A stretch of DNA of 5,613 nucleotides from a virus: positions 1-5,613 of IMG/VR virus record IMGVR_UViG_3300013902_000158. One strand, written 5' to 3'. The notes beneath the pieces were generated by a model that saw nothing but the letters and a program-made list of their open reading frames with translations, did no database searches and was not told the origin of the DNA. The translations under genes and the position numbers were made by a program. Positions 1 through 3,756 of the stretch are shown here, piece after piece (position 1 is the stretch's first letter; each line of letters begins with the position of its first letter).

Positions 1-77
1 TTGTTGTTCAGTTATTTTTATACCTGGGTAGTCGCTCCCCAATGGAATTAATACGTCTGGTCCTTTTTGCGGTTCTG
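1..77. repeat. Terminal redundancy copy 1 (identical to 5537-5613)
   Basis: Base-by-base comparison: ttgttgttcagttatttttatacctgggtagtcgctccccaatggaattaatacgtctggtcctttttgcggttctg occurs at both ends of the window. Confidence 0.97.
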
Positions 78-690
78 GTAATGCAGTTGAGAAGTAGTCT
101 GCTTTGCGGTTGATTTGATATGGCTTACCGCCTACAGTCCAGTTGCCGTCTGGGTCGTATATAATGTCATCATCGCCGGTTAACGGTGCGAATGGTTCTT
201 CGATATTTTGGTCACGCCAGATTTGGTCACAAATCCAGTTGTAAGCACGTAATTTTAACGCGCTTGCTTTGAATTCCGCTTGTCCTGTTGGCCAGCCAAA
301 ATGGTCCAGTACTGAGCCGTTTTTGATTGGTTTTCCAGTTGGTATGCTAACTTTTGGTACTTTGTATGCAGTTGGTGACACCCATGCGCTTTCTGTGTTT
401 TCACCCATCAGGTTGTTCCAGTGGTCCCAGATTTGGAAGTGTGGTACATAACACCACATATATTCAATCCAACCGCGTGCGATTGTCATATATCGTGATG
501 TATTCAGACGCGCCAGAATAGATGTTGTGATTTTCCAAGTGCTCCCCGGGTTGATTTGTATCGTTGCGAATGCTGGAATAACGTCACCTGTGTTGCAGGT
601 GTAAATGTGTTCGAATGGTTTTGGTATAAATGAGTTTTTACCGTAGTTTCTTGTTGCTGTTGCAGCCAGGTTTTGTACTTGTTTTGCCAT
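1..690 (-). CDS. VP1: Major capsid protein VP1 (phiX174 F homologue), 5' part: codons 1-230 of a 537-aa protein that continues at 5536 across the circular junction
   Basis: Hand translation from ATG 690-688 runs to base 1 with no stop: MAKQVQNLAATATRNYGKNSFIPKPFEHIYTCNTGDVIPAFATIQINPGSTWKI...EYMWCYVPHFQIWDHWNNLMGEN...LRAYNWICDQIWRDQN...KADYFSTALPEPQKGPDVLIPLGSDYPGIKITEQQ. The blocks VP-x-x-x-W-x-x-W-x-x-x-MGE, RAYN-x-I-x-x-x-x-x-RDQN and DYF-x-x-x-LP-x-PQKG are the conserved microvirus capsid N-terminal blocks as I recall them. GGAGG lies 10 nt upstream of the ATG. The ATG overlaps the TAA of the upstream ORF (TAATG). It is missing from the ORF track because it runs off the window edge. Confidence 0.93.
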   Translation of the reverse strand, partial: MAKQVQNLAATATRNYGKNSFIPKPFEHIYTCNTGDVIPAFATIQINPGSTWKITTSILARLNTSRYMTIARGWIEYMWCYVPHFQIWDHWNNLMGENTESAWVSPTAYKVPKVSIPTGKPIKNGSVLDHFGWPTGQAEFKASALKLRAYNWICDQIWRDQNIEEPFAPLTGDDDIIYDPDGNWTVGGKPYQINRKADYFSTALPEPQKGPDVLIPLGSDYPGIKITEQQ

Positions 691-1061
691 TATTCATTTT
701 CCTCCCCTCTGGTTTCTTTTATTTCATTTAATTGTTTTGTTTTTTCTGCCAATTCCAGTTGTTTTTTTAGTTCTTTTTCTGCGATTTGCCCGCATTTTAT
801 GATTCTGTTTGCTGTAATTGGGTCCAAGTTCATATCGATTATTACGTCAGATGTTGGCAGTTCTTTATTTGCGTTTTCCAGCTGTTTCAACCCGCCCGCT
901 CGTTCAATCAGTTCTTTGGCAATCGTTCCATCACGTCCTTCTTGTATAAAGTCGTGTACTTTTATTTCTTTGCCGAATTTTGTAAAAGTTGCGTCTTTGC
1001 AACACAGACCTTTCACCGGTTTTCCGATGTTTTCGAATTTATAGCCAGGTATCAATGACAT
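690..1061 (-). CDS. 123-aa hypothetical protein with a coiled-coil, acidic C-terminus; possible internal scaffolding protein, judged by position only
   Basis: Track ORF. There is a strong SD: TAAGGAGGAAAAACA precedes the ATG at 1061. The stop overlaps the VP1 start. The C-terminal KELKKQLELAEKTKQLNEIKETRGEENE is charged and helical. I do not recognise the canonical Chlamydia-phage VP3 motifs, so the function is inferred from synteny. Confidence 0.75.
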   Translation of the reverse strand: MSLIPGYKFENIGKPVKGLCCKDATFTKFGKEIKVHDFIQEGRDGTIAKELIERAGGLKQLENANKELPTSDVIIDMNLDPITANRIIKCGQIAEKELKKQLELAEKTKQLNEIKETRGEENE

Positions 1062-1237
1062 TGTTTTTCCTCCTTATTTATTGGATGTTCCACCTCTTGG
1101 TTGTAAGATTGGACGGTTTTTATAGCTGCCGCGATTAGCTGTAGCATTAAAAACACGGCTGTAATTAGTTGCTTTTTTTCCACGCATGATAATTTTCTCC
1201 TTTTATTTGTAAATTTCTTCTGTTTTGTGTTTTTCAT
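1052..1237 (-). CDS. 61-aa overprinted ORF: basic N-terminus, one predicted transmembrane helix, acidic tail; candidate small membrane or lysis protein
   Basis: Track ORF MKNTKQKKFTNKRRKLSCVEKKQLITAVFLMLQLIAAAIKTVQSYNQEVEHPINKEEKQCH. It covers the whole 37-aa gene in another frame and runs 10 nt into the 123-aa gene. The SD is weak (GGGA about 12 nt upstream). Its Leu/Val codons (CTA, GTG) are unlike those of the capsid gene. Confidence 0.3.
   Translation of the reverse strand: MKNTKQKKFTNKRRKLSCVEKKQLITAVFLMLQLIAAAIKTVQSYNQEVEHPINKEEKQCH
1074..1187 (-). CDS. 37-aa highly basic protein, J/VP8-like DNA-binding (packaging) protein; below the ORF-track length cutoff
   Basis: Hand translation gives MRGKKATNYSRVFNATANRGSYKNRPILQPRGGTSNK plus TAA. 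It has 9 Arg/Lys and no acidic residue. The SD reads AAAAGGAGAAAATTATC-ATG. Its stop TAA is fused to the GGAGG SD of the next gene (TAAGGAGG). Size and charge match phiX174 J (38 aa) and the small basic proteins of gokushoviruses. Confidence 0.65.
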   Translation of the reverse strand: MRGKKATNYSRVFNATANRGSYKNRPILQPRGGTSNK

Positions 1238-1275
1238 GGTTTTTAATTCCCAGTGTCAGGATGTTCAGTAAGCTT

Positions 1276-1533
1276 TCAGCGATGCTGAATACGCAAGTCC
1301 AACAGATTTTCATTTTTTATTCTCCTTTCTAATTCTTCATTGGTTTTGTCCAATTTCCATTTGTTAATTTCTTGTTTTCTTTTATTTGTATTCATGTCTA
1401 TGCTTAATTTTTCTGCCAGTTCCAGAATGGTTTCTCTTGGCAATCCCCGACACGAAAGTGCTAAGTCATAGACAGGAATTTTTGATTTGACGGCTTTGTT
1501 CAAAATCCACCAGATTTTTGATACGTCGTTCAT
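1276..1533 (-). CDS. 85-aa hypothetical protein; possible helix-turn-helix followed by a charged coiled coil
   Basis: The internal ATG at 1533 of the 112-aa track ORF is preceded by ACTAAGGAGACAAAA, an AAGGAG SD with a 7-nt spacer. The protein is MNDVSKIWWILNKAVKSKIPVYDLALSCRGLPRETILELAEKLSIDMNTNKRKQEINKWKLDKTNEELERRIKNENLLDLRIQHR. The segment VYDLALSCRGLPRETILELAEKL has a helix-turn-helix-like pattern, which is weak and not verified. Confidence 0.7.
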   Translation of the reverse strand: MNDVSKIWWILNKAVKSKIPVYDLALSCRGLPRETILELAEKLSIDMNTNKRKQEINKWKLDKTNEELERRIKNENLLDLRIQHR

Positions 1534-1550
1534 TTTTGTCTCCTTAGTAT

Positions 1551-1612
1551 GGTGCGCCGCGCGCGGGTAGTGCGCCGCCGTTAAGAGCAGGGCGCACGAA
1601 AAAGCCCGCGGC
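1551..1612. promoter_or_regulatory. GC-rich compound hairpin element with three GTGCGCC copies
   Basis: 46 of 62 bases are G+C by my count, in an otherwise AT-rich genome. GTGCGCCGC is directly repeated at 1552-1560 and 1570-1578, and its complement GGCGCAC lies at 1591-1597. The inner stem is 1570-1576/1591-1597 and the outer stem CGCGGG/CCCGCG is 1562-1567/1605-1610. The element lies between the stop of the 93-aa gene (1618) and the SD of the 85-aa gene. Confidence 0.6.
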
Positions 1613-1617
1613 AAACC

Positions 1618-1899
1618 TTACGAATCTCGTTTCGCAGGTTCAATTTCATTGATGCTACACACTTTGCGCGTTGTAGGCATTTTTTCTGCGTCTATAATGT
1701 TTTCAATGCCGCCGGATTCAGTGTTATATGTCCCGCAACAGTGCAATTCATAGTGTGATGCATTGTCGTTGAATTGTTTATCAGCGTTCAGAGTGTTACC
1801 CATCATTCGCATTGCCACTTTGTCATTTGGTGCCATAAATGTACGTTCGTTAAAGGTTTCTGCGTCCATGTCGTAAATCGCATAAATTTTCAAAATCAT
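1618..1899 (-). CDS. VP5: 93-aa VP5-like non-structural protein (small conserved gokushovirus protein usually encoded after Rep)
   Basis: Track ORF MILKIYAIYDMDAETFNERTFMAPNDKVAMRMMGNTLNADKQFNDNASHYELHCCGTYNTESGGIENI... This fits my recollection of the ORF5/VP5 pattern (IYD-x-KA-x-x-F-x-x-PF...ND-x-x-A-x-R-x-F...DY-x-L-x-x-x-G-x-(F/Y)-(D/N)-x-x-(T/S)G). The SD is AAAAGGAGAATAAAA-ATG. It lies downstream of Rep, as VP5 does in gokushoviruses. Confidence 0.6.
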   Translation of the reverse strand: MILKIYAIYDMDAETFNERTFMAPNDKVAMRMMGNTLNADKQFNDNASHYELHCCGTYNTESGGIENIIDAEKMPTTRKVCSINEIEPAKRDS

Positions 1900-1901
1900 T
1901 T

Positions 1902-2117
1902 TTATTCTCCTTTTGTTGCGTTAATAAAAATTGCTTTAATGATTGCGTTGATTTTTTCTTTTATCTCTTTGTTTTCGTTTGTTAAATTTTCCATTTGTTT
2001 TGTTAAATTAGTTATTTTGTTTTCGTTGTTTTCTTCCTTTTTTTTCAGTAGTTCATAATTTTTATTTGTTGTGAAATTTTCCCAGTACAGTTTTTTCAGC
2101 GTTTGTTTCCAAAACAT
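1902..2117 (-). CDS. 71-aa hypothetical coiled-coil protein (Asn/Lys/Glu-rich)
   Basis: Track ORF. The SD-like AAAGGGA lies about 10 nt upstream of ATG 2117. The stop TAA (1902-1904) sits inside the SD region of the next gene, giving tight packing. There is a heptad-like NLTKQMENLTNENKEIKEKINAIIKAI. No family was recognised. Confidence 0.6.
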   Translation of the reverse strand: MFWKQTLKKLYWENFTTNKNYELLKKKEENNENKITNLTKQMENLTNENKEIKEKINAIIKAIFINATKGE

Positions 2118-2149
2118 ATTTTTTCCCTTTCGTTTTAAGTTTTTATGAG

Positions 2150-2179
2150 GTCAGTAGGGCGATTATTTCGCCCCCTGAC
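2150..2179 (-). promoter_or_regulatory. Stem-loop at the predicted 5' end of the transcript from the 2186-2214 promoter
   Basis: GTCAG-TA-GGGCGA-ttatt-TCGCCC-C-CTGAC forms 5+6 bp stems with a 5-nt loop. No T-run follows on either strand, so it is not a classical terminator. The predicted start site G2179 is the first base of the stem. Confidence 0.55.
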
Positions 2180-2185
2180 AATCGT

Positions 2186-2214
2186 ATTATATCATAAGGC
2201 GCATAATGTATCAA
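2186..2214 (-). promoter_or_regulatory. Near-consensus sigma70 promoter with extended -10, reading into the 71-aa, VP5, J-like, VP1 and VP2 gene string
   Basis: The minus strand reads TTGATA (2214->2209), a 17-nt spacer, TGA (2194->2192) and TATAAT (2191->2186). That is 5/6 at -35, a perfect -10 and a TGn extension. Confidence 0.6.
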
Positions 2215-2264
2215 GGATTATGTTGAGTGCGTCAGCACTGAACATAATCGGCGTTATGCGCCTT
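2196..2264. promoter_or_regulatory. Two inverted dif-like XerC/XerD recombination sites forming a 69-nt imperfect palindrome (putative attP)
   Basis: Minus strand 2264->2237 reads AAGGCGCATAA-CGCCGA-TTATGTTCAGT, the canonical 11-6-11 layout. Plus strand 2196-2228 reads AAGGCGCATAA-TGTATC-AAGGA-TTATGTTGAGT. Both are compared with E. coli dif, GGTGCGCATAA-TGTATA-TTATGTTAAAT, quoted from memory. Stems: 2196-2206/2254-2264 (11 bp), 2216-2224/2241-2249 (9 bp), 2226-2230/2235-2239 (5 bp). Confidence 0.6.
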
Positions 2265-3447
2265 GTGAATCGCCTTTATTTCTGCGCAACAGCGCAAGTT
2301 TTTTTAATTTTGTTTCGTATGTTCTTGTTATATATTCTTCTTCACTTAAATCAGTTTTTTCTAATATTTTTTTCCAATTTATTTCTCCGATTTTGCATTT
2401 CCAATAGTCGTATTCTTCATATTCTTCTTCGTTTTCGCTTCGCCATTTTTTTTCCATCGCTTTTGGTAATTTTGCCAAAAATGTTTTTCCGCGGTTTTTC
2501 ATAATAATACCGCCGTTTTCTTTTATTTTGTCTTTGTTTTTTATCCAGTAAAAATACCCGATAAATCCCAGTGATGATGCACCGATGAATTCTAACTGTT
2601 TTTTTCTTTTCATTTTTTCTATTTCTTCATTGGTTCTGCTTGTTTTTTTTGTACAGTATCTTGCAACGTAAGCGGCTGTTTCAGTGGTTGCGTAACCGAT
2701 TATCACGAATCCTTTACCCCAGATTTTGTTGATTTTTTTTGATGTGTATAACCAATACCCTCGTCTGTCTTTGCTGTAACGTCTTAGGTCTGCTGGTTTG
2801 AAATTCCAAATAACTGCATGATAGTGCGGTCTTTTGGTTTTTGGTCCGTATTCTCCACAGTTCAGGTATCTGATTGGTTTTCGGTTCTTGCGTCGCGCGT
2901 TTTGTCCAAACAGGTCTTCAAGTTCGTTTGAATATATCTCTTCAAGGTTGTTGTTTTCGATTGTTAAATCTATTTCTGATGCTTTTTGTGTATGTTTGTA
3001 CAAATGATATCTTATTTTCTTCCAGAAGCTCTGAATATCAGCGCGGCGCAATTTACGGTCGTGTGGTAGATTGTAATTGTCGTATGTGAATGTGTAGAAT
3101 GTTGCGTTTTTCCACATCTGGTTTTCGCACCATGCTTTGGTTGCCCATTCTTTCGAATGTTCAGTTCTGCATATTTCGCATTTACCGCATCCAACTTGGT
3201 TAAAGTTGAAAAATCCCATGTTGTATAATCTGCGATGTGTCAGGAATTTACTATGTCTTGGATTTTTGTCGTAATATACCCACCATTTACCGGTGCACAT
3301 GTTTATGACGCCTTGTTCCAGAGAACCGTTTCCGAGTGCCAGCAGGTTTTGTTTGTTGAAAATTCGTTTTTTGCACAACCAATCGATGTTATCGAATATT
3401 GCTTGTTTGTTGATGGTGTAGATATAATGACGGTGTTTGCATTGCAT
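2254..3447 (-). CDS. VP4: Replication initiation protein VP4 (phiX174 A-like HUH rolling-circle endonuclease), 397 aa; alternative start at 3300 would give 348 aa
   Basis: Track ORF with the superfamily motifs: the Cys cluster GCGKCEICR, motif 1 ATFYTFTYDN, the HUH motif KRPHYHAVIWNF preceded by RYLNCGEYG, and the double-Tyr catalytic motif AAYVARYCTKK (Y-x-x-x-Y as in phiX174 A). The canonical N-terminus resembles MCTGKWW at 3300. However, the 49 upstream codons use AAC 6 times and AAT never, like the capsid gene (AAC 12, AAT 2 in its first 230 codons), which favours the 3447 start. Confidence 0.9.
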   Translation of the reverse strand: MQCKHRHYIYTINKQAIFDNIDWLCKKRIFNKQNLLALGNGSLEQGVINMCTGKWWVYYDKNPRHSKFLTHRRLYNMGFFNFNQVGCGKCEICRTEHSKEWATKAWCENQMWKNATFYTFTYDNYNLPHDRKLRRADIQSFWKKIRYHLYKHTQKASEIDLTIENNNLEEIYSNELEDLFGQNARRKNRKPIRYLNCGEYGPKTKRPHYHAVIWNFKPADLRRYSKDRRGYWLYTSKKINKIWGKGFVIIGYATTETAAYVARYCTKKTSRTNEEIEKMKRKKQLEFIGASSLGFIGYFYWIKNKDKIKENGGIIMKNRGKTFLAKLPKAMEKKWRSENEEEYEEYDYWKCKIGEINWKKILEKTDLSEEEYITRTYETKLKKLALLRRNKGDSQGA

Positions 3448-3484
3448 TTTGAACTTCTTTTGGCTTTTTCTTCGAATAAGAAAA

Positions 3485-3594
3485 AGTTGGGACGTCTGGC
3501 TCTTGATATATATAGTCCCAACTGACAGGATTCAGAGTGAATAAGGGTTTCAGTCCGAATCCTGCGATTGGTAAATCGGTTTGTGTTGACAAAC
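3485..3594. promoter_or_regulatory. Array of four consecutive hairpins in the large intergenic region; candidate complementary-strand origin
   Basis: Four stems are present. AGTTGGGAC/GTCCCAACT is 3485-3493/3515-3523 (9 bp). CAGGATTC/GAATCCTG is 3526-3533/3557-3564 (8 bp). CGATT/AATCG is 3565-3569/3574-3578 (5 bp, loop GGTA). GTTTG/CAAAC is 3579-3583/3590-3594 (5 bp). The last three abut without spacers. Confidence 0.5.
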
Positions 3595-3614
3595 TTGCTC
3601 TCCTATGTTATGCT
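3586..3614 (+). promoter_or_regulatory. Near-consensus sigma70 promoter on the strand opposite to all phage genes
   Basis: TTGACA (3586-3591), a 17-nt spacer, TGt (3606-3608) and TATGCT (3609-3614). That is a perfect -35, optimal spacing, an extended -10 and a -10 that keeps T1, A2 and T6. Confidence 0.5.
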
Positions 3615-3639
3615 TGTTCTATAACCATAGGATTTTGAT

Positions 3640-3756
3640 ATGAATATGAAGCACGGTCCTTTGTATTGGATTCTTACTGTTTTTTGCGGTGTTTGGTGTT
3701 TCTTACTCATTTTTGCTGTTGTCGGTTCTTTAATTACTGCGATTTTTTACATGTAA
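3640..3756 (+). CDS. 38-aa hydrophobic single-helix peptide encoded antisense to the rest of the genome; below the ORF-track cutoff
   Basis: Hand translation gives MNMKHGPLYWILTVFCGVWCFLLIFAVVGSLITAIFYM plus TAA. The SD AGGA (3629-3632) lies 7 nt before the ATG, and there is an in-frame stop at 3628-3630. The ORF lies about 19 nt downstream of the predicted start of the 3586-3614 promoter. It falls in non-coding DNA apart from the last 10 nt, which overlap the end of VP2. Caveat: the T-rich plus strand favours hydrophobic codons. Confidence 0.4.
   Translation: MNMKHGPLYWILTVFCGVWCFLLIFAVVGSLITAIFYM
3671..3722. repeat. Imperfect 23-nt direct repeat with 29-nt period
   Basis: TTCTTACTGTTTTTTGCGGTGTT (3671-3693) aligns with TTCTTACTCATTTTTGCTGTTGT (3700-3722). 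About 18 of 23 positions are identical, including the blocks TTCTTACT and TTTTTGC. Confidence 0.5.

Noticed and set aside
1551-1612. GC-rich hairpin as a classical rho-independent terminator
   Set aside because: On the coding strand the only T-run (TTTTT, 1599-1603) lies inside the structure, between the outer and inner stems, not after a completed stem. On the plus strand no T-run follows either.
1534-1614. N-terminal 27 codons of the 112-aa track ORF (MPRAFSCALLLTAAHYPRAAHHTKETK)
   Set aside because: This stretch reads through the GC-rich hairpin element and has Ala/Arg/His composition unlike any other gene here. The internal ATG at 1533 has a textbook AAGGAG SD. I therefore treat it as non-coding leader.
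2196-2228. Reading the plus-strand copy alone as a canonical 28-bp dif site
   Set aside because: The arms are separated by 11 nt rather than 6, so as duplex DNA it would not place XerC and XerD correctly. Only the minus-strand copy (2264->2237) has the 11-6-11 geometry. I therefore interpret the pair as a folded or forked substrate rather than claim a simple dif.
2145-2253. Possible small coding ORF in the Rep-to-71-aa spacer
   Set aside because: The only minus-strand ATG (ATG ATA TAA) terminates after two codons. The plus-strand 119-aa ORF is an antisense shadow. The region is better explained by the promoter, the hairpin and the dif-like elements.
3012-3194. 60-aa minus-strand ORF nested out of frame in Rep, and likewise 5251-5460 (69 aa) nested in VP1
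   Set aside because: Neither has an SD, and both have Cys/His/Thr-rich odd composition. They lie fully inside strongly supported genes, with no structural hint such as the TM helix seen in the 1052-1237 case.
3303-3521. 72-aa minus-strand ORF overlapping the Rep 5' region
   Set aside because: It lies in a third frame over the same DNA, has no SD, has low-complexity composition and conflicts with the better-supported Rep frame.
3389-3592. 67-aa minus-strand ORF with a TTG start preceded by TAGGAG at good spacing
   Set aside because: It runs straight through the four hairpins and overlaps the Rep start. It uses AAT 3 times and TAT 4 times with no AAC or TAC, opposite to the capsid and Rep bias, and I recognise no family. 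It cannot be excluded without comparative data, so it is not reported as a feature.
3603-3710. 35-aa minus-strand ORF MSKKHQTPQKTVRIQYKGPCFIFISKSYGYRTSIT in the large intergenic region
   Set aside because: There is no SD upstream (CAACAGCAAAA-ATG). It lies antisense to the better-equipped plus-strand 38-aa cassette. Its Lys-rich start is expected on the A-rich strand. The evidence is insufficient.
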